Shown in pieces: positions 50,866 through 62,902 of a stretch of 64,000 nucleotides of DNA. Origin of the DNA: Squalus acanthias (lineage: Eukaryota). The notes beneath the pieces are model-generated. The model ran no database searches. It was not told the DNA's origin and saw nothing but the letters and a program-made list of their open reading frames with translations. Position 1 is the stretch's first letter. Each line of letters starts with the position of its first letter. The translations under genes and the position numbers were made by a program. The DNA is taken from contig CM059432.1 in NCBI GenBank assembly GCA_030390025.1, positions 149,174,001 through 149,238,000 of the forward strand. The letters are read 5' to 3'.

Positions 50866-53807
50866 CAGTATTGCCAACTCGCAATTTCCGAGTGAAATAA
50901 AGCTTCACTCGCAATCTTGCGATGGAACGTCTAAATCTCGGGGGTTTTTTTGGAAGAAAAATATGCCGATTTGCGCCCGTGCAAAAAAAAAAACCCACCA
51001 TGTTCAATGGGCTTTCCATAACGTCCATTGGATTCCTCCTCACTTCGCCACATCTGAGTCTATGGGCTCAGCTCGGCCCAGCCGCCTTTATATATAAACA
51101 CGCATAGGCGGAGCCCAGGATTAACCAGGGTGAACCATCGACCATTCAAGCCATCTCCTCTTCCCTCTGAGCGGAGGGAGGCGCGCTCAGCTTCCTTCCT
51201 CCCTCCGGTCCTGGGTGACAACAGCGCTGTGGTCCCTATTGTGTCGATTGGCTCCATGACCTTGGACCCCTTCCTCCTTTATGCGAATGCCAAGAGATCT
51301 CGCGATATCTTGCACCTCCTGCAGAGTTGCCGTGGTAACTGAGAGGCAGTGCGAAGCAGCTGGAGCACGAGGTGGCAGAGCAACAGCTAAGGTAAAAAAA
51401 TAAAGCCCTGGACAATCGGAACTTTTTAAGCCAAACATTCCTTGATTGAAGCGAAGAAATCCAAGCCAGCACAGGGAATTCTTTCACTTGTTATCCCACT
51501 TTCATCCCACATATCTGAGGAAATAAAATGAAAATTTCCTGGCATCCTGCAGGTAATAAAATAATCCCAATCTTCTGAAACCACATTAATGCGGAGTCTT
51601 AAGAGACCCTTTGAGAAATGTGACTGGTGTCTTTCCCAGGCGTGAGCAGAATTCATATCAATTGACGTGTAAAAAAAAAAACCCATAATAAAATATAAGT
51701 GGAGGTAAACTGACAGAGCACAGCTTAATCTTAACTTGGATAACGTTTAGTATACAACATCGCATATTAAATGGCCAAAGATTTATCATTCTTTGTTTTT
51801 GTTGCCATTTTCCTTATGTAGTTTTTCTCCAAGTATTTGAGAAACAAAGTATGCTAACCCATCATGTTTCCTCTGTTGCACATTTTTATTGTCGTTTATT
51901 TTACTTCCTCAGTTGTGTGGGAGACAGGAGGAGGTGGCTCGCTCGCTCGATTGTTCACCCTGATTAATCCTGGCCCTCCCTCGATTGTTCATCCTGATTA
52001 ATCCTGGCCCTCGCTCGATTGTTCACCCTGATTAATCCTGGCCCTCCGTCGATTGTTCATCCTGATTAATCCTGGCCCTCGGTCGATTGTTCACGCTGAT
52101 TAACCCTAGCCCTCGGTCCATTGTTCACGCTGATTAATCCTGGCCCTCGGTCCATTGTTCACGCTGATTAATCCTGGCCCTCGCTCGATTGTTCACCCTG
52201 ATTAATCCTGGCCCTCGCTCGATTGTTCACCCTGATTAATCCTGGCCCTCGCTCGATTGTTCACCCTGATTAATCCTGGCCCTCGCTCGATTGTTCACCC
52301 TGATTAATCCTGGCCCTTGGTTGATTGTTCACCCTGATTAATCCTGGCCCTCGGTCGATTGTTCACCCTGATTAATCCTGGCCCTTGGTCGATTGTTCAC
52401 CCTGATTAATCTTGGCCCTCGCTCGATTGTTCACCCTGATTAATCCTGGCCCTCGGTCGATTGTTCACCCTGATTAATCCTGGCCCTCGCTTGATTGTTC
52501 ACCCTGATTAATCCTGGCCCTCGGTCGATTGTTCACCCTGATTAATCCTGGCCCTCGCTCGATTGTTCACCCTGATTAATCCTGGCCCTCGGTCGATTGT
52601 TCACCCTGATTAATCCTGGCCCTCGGTCGATTGTTCACCCTGATTAATCCTGGCCCTCGGTCGATTGTTCACCCTGATTAATCCTGGCCCTCGCTTGATT
52701 GTTCACCCTGATTAATCCTGGCCCTCGGTCGATTGTTCACCCTGATTAATCCTGGCCCTCGGTCGATTGTTCACCCTGATTAATCCTGGCCCTCGGTCGA
52801 TTGTTCACCCTGATTAATCCTGGCCCTCGGTCGATTGTTCACCCTGATTAATCCTGGCCCCTGGTCGATTGTTCACCCTGATTAATCCTGGCCCTCGCTC
52901 GATTGTTCACCCTGATTAATCCTGGCCCTCGCTCGATTGTTCACCCTGATTAATCCTGGCCCTTGGTTGATTGTTCACCCTGATTAATCCTGGCCCTCGC
53001 TCGATTGTTCACCCTGATTAATCCTGGCCCTCGGTCGATTGTTCACCCTGATTAATCCTGGCCCTCGGTCGATTGTTCACCCTGATTAATCCTGGCCCTC
53101 GGTCGATTGTTCACCCTGATTAATCCTGGCCCTCGCCTGTGCATGTTTATATATGAAGGCGGCCGTGCCAAGCTGAGCCCGCGGACTCTGATGCGGCAAT
53201 GTGAGGAAGAACCCAGTGGAAGTTATGGAAAGCCCTCTGAACCTGTTTTTTTTTTGAGTGCGCAAATTGCATATTTTTTCACGCATGCACAAATCGGCAT
53301 ACTTTTATCCCCCAAAAATCCAGAGATTTAGGCGTTACATTGCGAGTGAAGCTTTATTTCACTCTGAAATCGCGTGTCTCGTGATAGAATCACGAGAGTT
53401 GCCAATACTGTTGCTGTCATTTCAGATTTAATTGATTTTATAGTTCAAATTAAAGTTGGATGGACAGGCTAGGGTTTTGTAGGGATGAGCTTTTATGGGC
53501 TGAATATCTTTGGTTGGCAGCTGCATGGACTGCATTGCGTGGGTGTTGTGTTGGGCACCAGGTGAGGGGTGTGTGATAACGGGTAGGAGTTTTTTGCAAA
53601 TCGTTTTCATATTCAGTAATATAATTTTTGTAAAGAGCTGTGACCTGTTGGATATTAAATGAAGCCACTAATGAGGTTTATAAATGAACTGTCAATCTAT
53701 ATTGGTTTATGTTTGGAAAAAAATAGCAACTGCTGATTTATTACCAAATCTCATGATTTTTATTAGTTTGTCTCATGATTTATGAGACAGTGGGGTTGGC
53801 ATTACTG
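50866..53807. mobile_element. Composite hAT-like non-autonomous DNA transposon
   Basis: Termini CAGTATTGCCAAC and GTTGGCATTACTG; flanks cgtaac/tgtaac may be a 6-bp TSD; an internal inverted copy of the left arm ends at 53410. Confidence 0.6.
51942..53135. repeat. Minisatellite, 35 copies of a 34-bp unit CTCG(C/G)TCGATTGTTCACCCTGATTAATCCTGGCC
   Basis: Constant 34-bp period from 51947 to 53103; no spacers. Confidence 0.97.
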
Positions 53808-54742
53808 TGTAACCTCCACCAGGAGGAGGCGAGCTGTTTCACTTAGCTGGTTAAGTTTGCTTTCAACAACTCGTTATTTTATGGAGGTAAATATTGACTT
53901 GTTTCTCCAAACAGGTAGGCATTTGTCTGTATTCACAGGGTATTCTAAAGAATGTTAGAAACTTAGTAACGATTAAAATAGTTGTTTTTTTCCCTTTCCT
54001 GGATCTACTTCTTGATTGGCTGTTGAATAAATTTAAATTTTTTTACTCGAAGTCTAGCAAAACGTGGTAATTGAAAGGTTATGTTACCTTTAACCTCATA
54101 TTTGGGTCCATGAATACCTGTACTTAGCAACTTTCACCGGGATCAAATTGTATTCATGGATAGAGGGGTGGAGTTTAAGGGGAGGTTGTGTTTAACTGCA
54201 GCAGCAGGTACTGTAAAAGCAAAACACAAACAGATCTAGTTTCTAAACAGCAGATTTAATGTGAAGGTTTTCTATGAGCCCTCATCATGCATTGTTTTCA
54301 AAGAGCTATTTTCGGTGTTCTGTATCAAAGACACGCAGGAAATTTAGTTAAACTGACTCCTGGACTTTGGAATGCAGACGGTAAAACTTTGGCATGAGCT
54401 ACTGGCTGTTTGTTTGCCTGGTCTAATTTTTAAATGCTTTTAACACAAAATAGAAAATAAAATTGCCTGCAGCACTATTTTTGTCCCTGTAGTTCCTCTT
54501 TGTTGTATTTATTATTAAAGGAAAGCCGGGGAACAACTGTGGGAATTAATTTATATTTGTTTATTGCAGTGATAAATGATTATAATTTGGCAATCTGTAA
54601 TCATGTTGACTAATTTTTTTCCTCTTGCCCTCCACGTTACTATCGGATCAGGTTTATGCATTGCCGCATGTTTTCTGTGTTTGTAGTTGTTTCCAACATC
54701 ATTGATCCTGTCACCGGAATATGAGTTATCTTTAAATTGCAG

Positions 54743-54913
54743 GATTCCTTATCAGAAGTAGAAGAGAAATACAAAAAAGCTATGGTCTCCAATGCACAAC
54801 TAGACAATGAAAAATCTAACCTTGTCTACCAAGTGGATACACTAAAAGATGTTATTGAGGAATTGGAGGAGCAAATGGCAGAGCTATATAGAGAAAATGA
54901 GGAAAAATCTAAG
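54743..54913 (+). CDS. LRRFIP2: LRRFIP2 coiled-coil exon ([57 protein letters not shown])
   Basis: ttgcag|...AAG|gtaatc, 171 nt; conserved LRRFIP coiled-coil core [13 protein letters not shown]. Confidence 0.96.
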
Positions 54914-55127
54914 GTAATCGATTCTGAGCAACTACAGCAGTGCCTGGGAGTTATTATTCGTTTTGCACTTAAGATGAAGATGTGTTTTCTTAACATCATG
55001 TTGATCTAAAGGTTCCTTAGAGGGTAACAATTGCAATGTTGCAACTTTGATTTTTCTTTCTAATTGAGACAAATTATTTACTTTGTTACAGCAAGAGCAA
55101 TGTCTGTTAAATTGCCGCTATTGGCGT

Positions 55128-56155
55128 TTGATAAAGTGCCACATTAATAGGCTTGCCAGCAAAGTTGAAGCCCTTGGAATAAAAGGGACAGTGGCAGCAT
55201 GGATACAAAATTGGCTTAGGTGTACAGGGCACAATTTCAAAATTTGCAGATGACACAAAGCTTGGAAGTATAGTGAACAGTGAGGAGGATAGTGATAGAC
55301 TTCAAGAAGACATAGACAGGCTGGTGGAATGGGCGGACACGTGGCAGATGAAATTTAATGCAGAAAAATGCGAAGTGATACATTTTGGTAGGAAGAATAG
55401 GAGGCAATATAAACTAAAGCGTACAATTCTAAAGGGGGTGCATGAACAGAGAGAACTGGGTGTATATGTGCACAAATCGTTGAAGGTGGCAGGGCAGGTT
55501 GAGAAAGCGGTTAAAAAAGCATACAGGATCCTGGGCTTCTCCGCATCATTCATAAATAGAGGCAGAGTACAAAAGCAAGGAAGTTATGATGAACCTTTAT
55601 AAAACACTGGTTCAGCCTCAACTGGAGTATTGTCCAATTCTGGGCACTGCACTTTAGGAAGGATGTGAAGGCCTTCGAGAGGGTGCAGAAAAGATTTACA
55701 AGAATGGTTCCAGGGATGAGGGACTTCAGTTACGTGGACAAGACTGGAGAAGCTGGGGTTGTTCTCCTGAGAGGAGATTTGATAGAGGTGTTCAAAATCA
55801 TGAGGGGTCTGGACAAAGTAGATAAGAGAGAAACTGCTCCCATTGGTGGAAGGGTCGAGAACCAGAGGATACAGATTTAGTGATTGGCAGAAGAACCAAA
55901 AGCGACATGAGGAAAAACTTTTTTATGCAGCAAGTGGTTAGGATCTGGAATTCACTGCCTGAAAGGGTGGTGGAGGCAGACTCAAGCGTGGCTTTCAAAA
56001 AGGAATTGGATAAGTACCTGAAGGACAAAAATTTGCAGGGCTATGGGGAAAAGATGGGAAAGTGGGACTAGCTGAAGTGCTCTTGCAGAGAGCCGGCATG
56101 GGCTCGATGGACCGAATGTTCGCCTCCTGTGCTGTAACCATTCTATGATTCTATT
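55128..56155 (+). mobile_element. CR1 LINE 3' fragment with internal deletion
   Basis: FADDTK, LQEDIDRLVEWADTWQMKFNAEKC, WNSLPERVVEA, ttctatgattctat tail. Confidence 0.9.
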
Positions 56156-56459
56156 CAAGCAGATGCATAATGGGTGGGTTGTGTATATAATTAATTCTGA
56201 TGGTGTTCTCTCATTTAAAAAAAATCTTTGCCAAAACACCCTGTTGTGTTAAATATTTAAATTTGAAATCTCTGAAATTATCCAAAGATGTTCCATTTCA
56301 AAGAGGGATGCTGGCGTATTTATATTTGAGTGAAAACAAACCTACTAAGCGATATATCTGGTTAAGGGTGATGACTGAGGCACAGAGCTCTTTTACATTT
56401 TTGCACATCAATGTCTAATGGTGAAATTAAAATGTTTGATTTTTAAAAATCTAATTTAA

Positions 56460-56930
56460 GAAGGAAGAAAGAATAGACGTGGATTTTTATTGCACCTCAT
56501 CACACCTTTCAGGATGTCCCAAAGTGCTTCCAACCAATTAGTTACTTTTGAAGTACAGTCACTGCTGTTATGTTAGTGAATGCAGCAGCCATTTTCTGCA
56601 CAGCATGGTCCGACAAGCAGCGAATGAGTTGACCAGTTAATCTATTTTTTGGTAGTGACGCTTGAGGTAGAACTCCCAGTCCCTTCTTCACTTAGTGCCA
56701 TGGGATGTTTAAGTCCACCTGAATCCCACGAACAGACAGACTGGAACATCCACCTGAATTCCTGGAACAAGCAGATGGGGAACATTTTCCTGAATCCCAG
56801 GAGCTGTCAGACGGGGGATGGCCACCTGAATCGAGGAAGCAGGCAAAGACACCCTTATTGTTTGGTCCAGAGTAAAGAACACAACATATATGTGTTATAC
56901 CTAACATAGGAGTGCATAGTGCTGCCACTG
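56460..56930 (-). mobile_element. Degenerate Deu-domain SINE with internal tandem duplication
   Basis: Tail and Deu domain recognisable; cc(ac)ctgaat repeated four times at 56715-56835. Confidence 0.6.
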
Positions 56931-57708
56931 GCTACTTAAACGTGAAGGACTTTCATTCCCTATCCTGGTCATCCCCCTCGGAACAAAAGCTCTTAAGAGG
57001 ATGAGGGGGCTCTCTAGTTGAGGAGAGCGTAGCTGAGCCACACAGATTAGTAAGGTCCCAGGTTTGGTTTCTGGTCTGTGTTGAGTTGGCTGATATCAGC
57101 CAGGGTGATGATAGGGATGCTGCAACTCGCCTCTGTTCCTCTAAATTAAGTAAAGGGACTTCAGCCAGAGTTTCCACTATCCAGCAACCCCTGATGCAAG
57201 TAAGCGGCGTGTACATCAGGCAAAAACTGGATCAGGCTCAGATGTGATGCTCCCCATGGTCAAATAATGGCCAACACTGTGCTCACACACAGAAAAAAGT
57301 ATGATCAGCAGCTACTACTCAACGCCTTGCTGGAGTGGTGGAGGTTAACATGTTCAGGAAAGGAGGGGAAGAAAATTGGCAGGTAAAGAAGGGAAAACCA
57401 AGAGAAAAAGGACACGATTGTAGTATTCCCAGCAATGAACACTAATCAGGACAGTTAGTCCCAGTCAGCCACGGGAGCACTTTGCGTGAGAGCTATTCTA
57501 AATGCAGTCAGTGAGTAAGATCAGGTCCCAGAGTTGAGTTGAAAGAATAGTATGCTAGCCCACAGTGCCACTTGGTTTCCCATGAGCTAGTCATTAATAT
57601 ATCAGAAGAAAATGTGATAGTGTCTTAACAAGAAATGAATGGACAACCTTAACAAAACATAAATAGATTTTTTAAAAATACTGAAACTGTTTATCGCTTT
57701 TTCTTCAG

Positions 57709-57801
57709 GAACTGGAACGACAAAAACATACGTGTAGTGTGTCACAACATAAAGTAGAAGAACTAAAAGAGGGTATTCGGCAAAGAGACGAGCTTATAGA
57801 G
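57709..57801 (+). CDS. LRRFIP2: LRRFIP2 exon ([31 protein letters not shown])
   Basis: ttcttcag|...GAG|gtaggt, 93 nt; resembles human [31 protein letters not shown]. Confidence 0.95.
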
Positions 57802-58887
57802 GTAGGTGGAGGGTGAAGGCCTTGTTCTTTTGAAAAGTTCTGTTTTGGGTGATTCCATAAATTGATAAAAATAAATTTCTACAATTGGGAGAAAATGACC
57901 ACTGATTCTTGGCTCCACACGACTTGTTAACTATCAGGATGGAGATTGCTGCTGGAAATTTGCTGATCGCTGCCTTGAGAATATGTTACAGTTTTGAATT
58001 GTGTGCAGGCAAGGTGCTGAATATTTTGGGGTGTTGTGTATTTCAAAAACTAAAAATTCAGCCTATATCTTTGCAGTTTCTGTCAAATTATGAAAGTTTT
58101 TTAAAAATAATATAGCAGATATCCAATTAATATGGATGATACTACAAAATCAGTAGTGTATTCACTATATAATCAGTGGCAGCAAATGAGATGAATTACA
58201 TGAATTGATGTTAAATATGTACAAAGCATTTTTTTCTTCGATATATAAATTTATTACTTAACATAATTGTAGGAAATCCTAGTTGTGGAATGTCCTGAAT
58301 TACTTTAGTACTTTAGCTGCTGTTATCTTTAGCTGACAAGTGCAATAAGTATCTCAAGTTGACTTTTCGTAATTCCCTTCGGGCATACCTAATAGCAAAG
58401 GAAAGTTGGGTAAGTATATGTATTTAATAACAAAAACCGGTTCTCGAGCTGTATTAGCTGTCTTTTAAATAGGTTTAAAAATGACTATCACCTGTACACC
58501 AGTCCACTGTATACCATTTATGTCTGTAACCTATACTTGCATCCTGATTTGTATCACATGGGGAAAGACTGAAAAAGCACGGTCAAATGTAGCAAGCTTC
58601 CTTCCCCAACAATGAATGCTAGCCACTTAAATGAGGGAAACTTTATAGTATCCTCTGTAGGTAGAGTCCAAGGCCAGCTGATATCTAACAGCATCTGCAT
58701 TTCTTTTTAAAATTTGCATTATTCATCTTTCTGCAGTCCTTTATTTCTAAATGGTACACTGTTATAACCTAGTGTATTCATTTTGTTCAGCCCCTTTAAA
58801 TTCATCTTTTTCCTCTTAACCGCCTGTTCTGTCTTTTGCTCTCACCAATGCTGAACCTCCCCTCCTCGCCTTTGGCTTTTCCTGTAG

Positions 58888-58980
58888 GAGAACAAGTGTC
58901 TGCAGCAGAGGGTGGACACCCTCACCAGGGAAGTGTTTGATCTGCAGGAAACTGTCGACTGGAAAGACAGAAAAATTGGG
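58888..58980 (+). CDS. LRRFIP2: LRRFIP2 exon (ENKCLQQRVDTLTREVFDLQETVDWKDRKIG)
   Basis: cctgtag|...GGG|gtagga, 93 nt; resembles human EKQRMQQKIDTMTKEVFDLQETLLWKDKKIG. Confidence 0.93.
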
Positions 58981-59451
58981 GTAGGAGGTCAAATTGAGCA
59001 GTAGGACTGTGACTGCATGAGGTGTTGTTTGCTGATGGAATAGTAAATGTGATGTCCCATTCTACCATTCAGTGTATTGGAGCATGAGATAGCTATTACA
59101 GAATTTAAGCAAAAGGCCCCATTGCAAATATTATTCATGTAAATGTTCAGTGTAATTTGTCCCGTTAGTCTTCTCATACCAGGTATGACACAGATTTACC
59201 TTCATGGTTTGTTTGCTTAATCAAATATCTCAAAGCATGTGCCCGATTGCAATAGTTGTGCACTGTGAAGCACGAATGATGAATCTCGAGAAATTGTAGT
59301 TGAAGATGAGATTTTTAGTTTTTCCAAACTTCATCCCATTGCTTTCTCGCTCCCTACCGTCTCATCTGCTATATTCATGTCTTCGTTGCAATTTACATAC
59401 ACTTTCTCTTCTCTGCCATGTTCTTTATCCTGCTTGCTGTCCTGTGCTCAG

Positions 59452-59544
59452 GCTCTAGAGAGGCAGAAAGACTACTTTGACTGCATTAAGAATGAGCGTG
59501 ATGAACTGAGAGATGAATTGACTGATCTAAGGGAAAAATCAAAG
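59452..59544 (+). CDS. LRRFIP2: LRRFIP2 exon (ALERQKDYFDCIKNERDELRDELTDLREKSK); alternative donor would extend it to 59553
   Basis: gctcag|...AAG|gtagga (93 nt) or ...AAT|gtatgt (102 nt); resembles human ALEKQKEYIACLRNERDMLREELADL. Confidence 0.9.
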
Positions 59545-62146
59545 GTAGGAAATGTATGTGGCTTAGGTTAAACAGTGTTCAAGATTGCTTTATTTGGGTT
59601 TGTGATGAACACTTTTATTTTTGGTTAAATCAGCAGCAATATGACCATGACAATGCATCATGAATTTAAAAAGGAGCATTACTTCAATACAAATTCAACA
59701 TTAGCCTCCATGACACAGCAGCAGATGTTGAGAATGGTTGATTATTTTGTTTATAAGTAAACTAATTTACAATGATAGAGAATTCCTTTTTGTTAAACTT
59801 ACCTTCTGTTTGAATTTACAGTATTAGTTCAATCCTCCCTGCACCAAAGAATGTGCTGTTGGGTTAAAAAAAAGTTGAGATATTATGCAAAAGTAGAGTA
59901 GAAGTAGCTCTGTGAAACAATAAAGCACAACATTAGCATTTTAAATAAAGCTGTGTTAATCCTTTTGCTTGTCTCACTGTGATTAATGTTCACCTTTGTT
60001 TTACTGACTCTTCATACCATTACCATTAAATGCATGCTTTTGATCATTTAGGTCCCCTGTACAGTAAGCTGGGAGAGATTACTTGCTCATCATGGTTATG
60101 TGCCACTCCATCTAACATCTGCTCTCTTTTCTCTCACCTCATTTATTGAGGCAGTACCTCTCTGCTGCATTGTTTTACTTTGACAGCTGAGCTTTCTTCA
60201 TGTTTTCATGATTTAACTATTTCAGTTTTCAAAGATAATGCATTAATCTGGGGATCTCAGTACTATTTAGCCATTCTGTGCATGCTAAATGTAATCTATA
60301 TTTTAGAAGACAATGACACAAATAACCTCCAGTATTAATAAAACCTGGGCAGGCATATCCCGTCAAACAGAACAGATAAAGCCACACGTACAGTGATAGT
60401 GACAATGTTGTGAAGGTAAGTGTCACTGTTGCTAAAGATTTCTCCTTCAAACAAGTTAAATGTTGCTTATCCTCATCTTCATGCCCCATATCCAGATTAC
60501 TGACCAATGTCGTCTTCACCTCAAAAATGGCCCTCAATTTCCATTTGGGTATCAAACTACCCAATTAGCCTAATCTTATGAAAGTCACTTTTTCAATTCA
60601 GGATCTCCTTAATTTGAGGAACCATTCTCACAATAATGTGTTGGATTTATAGTAAATACTTATACTTCATCTCACTTTGACATGGTGGTGAATTCTGCCT
60701 CGTCTAACTCCCAATGCCAGTTCACTGGGTTAGTGAGTTCATTAACCATTGATGCAAATCCTGCAGAACTTGGGTCCAACACTGCTTTCAAATGGTGCTG
60801 AGCTAAATGGATTGCTTAAGGGTAAAGATCATTTTTATTGAAGATGATGATGTGAAGAGATGGAAAGGATAGTTCCAGCACATTTTAAACCAAACCGAGT
60901 GCTTCATGGTTTTCATTCTTACGAGATTCTATACGAACTGCTGATCAATGCTCAGAATATCCAAAGTAAGGAAGTGTGCCAAGCAGTCAGGCAGAAGAGT
61001 CAGAGAACCAATATCTGGAAAAATATGTTGATGACCAAGGGAAGAAGGAACTAACCCAATTGTTACGGGTCAGGTCACTGAAAAAGACGTACCAGCTACA
61101 GACAGGAAATGTGAAATTATTGTCAGGGTTCCAAAGTAAGGAGTCCTAAGCTGATGTGAGAACTGGAGAGGCAGTGTTAACATTAGTTTCTGGAAAAGTG
61201 TCATTGACAATTGGCACATATTGTAAACACATGTGATGACCTACCACAAGAGGAATGAATAGACTTAGGCAGGGCAGATCTTTCCCTCAGAAGCATCATT
61301 GAGCAGCATAATGAATGAACTAACTGCATGCATCACTGCTGACTTTGGAAAATTGTACATTGTAAGTAATTGAAGTACCATATGCTTCAGTCTCTCATGG
61401 TGCCTTTTTGTTCAGAAGTGTTTTCATTTTTCCTGAAGATAAACAAGTATTACATGACCTTGTGCTCAGTGATATTTGATGCTCTTTTTTCATTTGAAAT
61501 TGTTTTGAGTGTCTGGTTTAGTACAGTTGCATAAAGGTGTGTGTATTTACATTTGAATTTGCTTAACATTTATATTTGTTGGTTCGGAACAAGAATTCTT
61601 GTATATGAAGTCTTGCTCGAAGAACAAGATTTAATGTGTGAAAAGCATACAGAACAGGGTTGCAATAATCTTTTATAACTCCCTAATATTTCTATTTTGC
61701 TGGTTAGTTCTGTTTGAATTTTGTGGGCTTGGATGCTTGGAAAGACCTGTTCTTAGCGCTCTCGATCCGTTGGTATCAGCAGCTGGAGATATGAGCATGG
61801 GTTTTCCAATCACATTAATTTAACTCTGCTGGTAACCTGTTGATTTAAAAAAATCTCTGGCAATAACTGAAATTCTTTTTGAAATGTGTTATGTTTTTGA
61901 ACATATCACTTTTTGAAATTACACCCATAAAATCGAGTAACAGCTTCTGCTAAGTACACTTTGTAGCTGTCTTTCTCAGATGTGCTGTTTTTAAAAAAAA
62001 AAACACCAAACTATCGTATTCTGCTTATAAAGTAAAATATATTCCATATGTTTTGTTTCATTGTGGTTACCAATTGGTTTGAACATAGAAAATCTAAGAT
62101 GCTTGCTTTACTGCAGTTGGCAATATTAAATAATTTTATCTTCCAG

Positions 62147-62279
62147 AAACATGGTTTGGTGATAATCCCAGAAGGCACACCTAATGGTGATGTAAACCAT
62201 GAACCAGTTGTTGGTGCGATTACCGTTGTGTCTCAAGAGGCCGCTCAAGTGCTTGAAGGTGCAGGAGATGGACCACTAG
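62147..62279 (+). CDS. LRRFIP2: LRRFIP2 exon ([44 protein letters not shown])
   Basis: ttccag|...CTA G|gtaatg, 133 nt, phase 0/1; near-identical to human LRRFIP2 and diagnostic versus LRRFIP1. Confidence 0.96.
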
Positions 62280-62902
62280 GTAATGTTTGATTAAAAGTAT
62301 TTTGTGCTGAGTTTGTGAACATACAGTGTAACCTCTAACAACTCCTCTTGGCTGCTGTCTACTTGAAAAACATGTAATCTGACTAGGTAGCTTGGTTATT
62401 TCAGTCCAGTCCAAGTTAGAAAGGCAAATTTTGCCACACTAGCGCACACTGGACGTCGTCTTTTAAATGCATTTAAATCCGCTGATTGACAGCCTCTCCA
62501 CAGCAACAGGTTGAATATTCTGAGTGCCTGTCCTGACCCTTCCTCCTCAGAACCACATGCACCTGCCGTGGGCGATGCAGGAGCTCATCTATGGTGCCCT
62601 GTATATTGCTTCCCAGGCCACTTTTGAACCATGGGCTGATGTTTGATGTCTGCTGCTCTGCACAGAGCGGGATTAAAACGGAGTGTACTTAAACAGAGTG
62701 TTTTATTTGGGAATTTCTGATAAGTATTGGGTAAGGAATTGCTGCTTTTTTCCTACACTACTTGTCGTGCTTTTTGTTACAGGTAGATATTTAATTTCAG
62801 TACCGATAACTTAATCTAGATCAAGAAAGTAGTCAAGAAACTACACTGTAAATTAAGTTACCTAATTACAAATTTAATTAAATAAATCAAGGTCATATAG
62901 GG

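Noticed and set aside
51942..53135. CRISPR array
   Set aside because: The 34-bp units are head-to-tail with no unique spacers, there are no cas genes, and the context is a eukaryotic intron
86..62279. Assignment to LRRFIP1
   Set aside because: Most exons ([41 protein letters not shown]) match recalled LRRFIP2; only one motif is LRRFIP1-like
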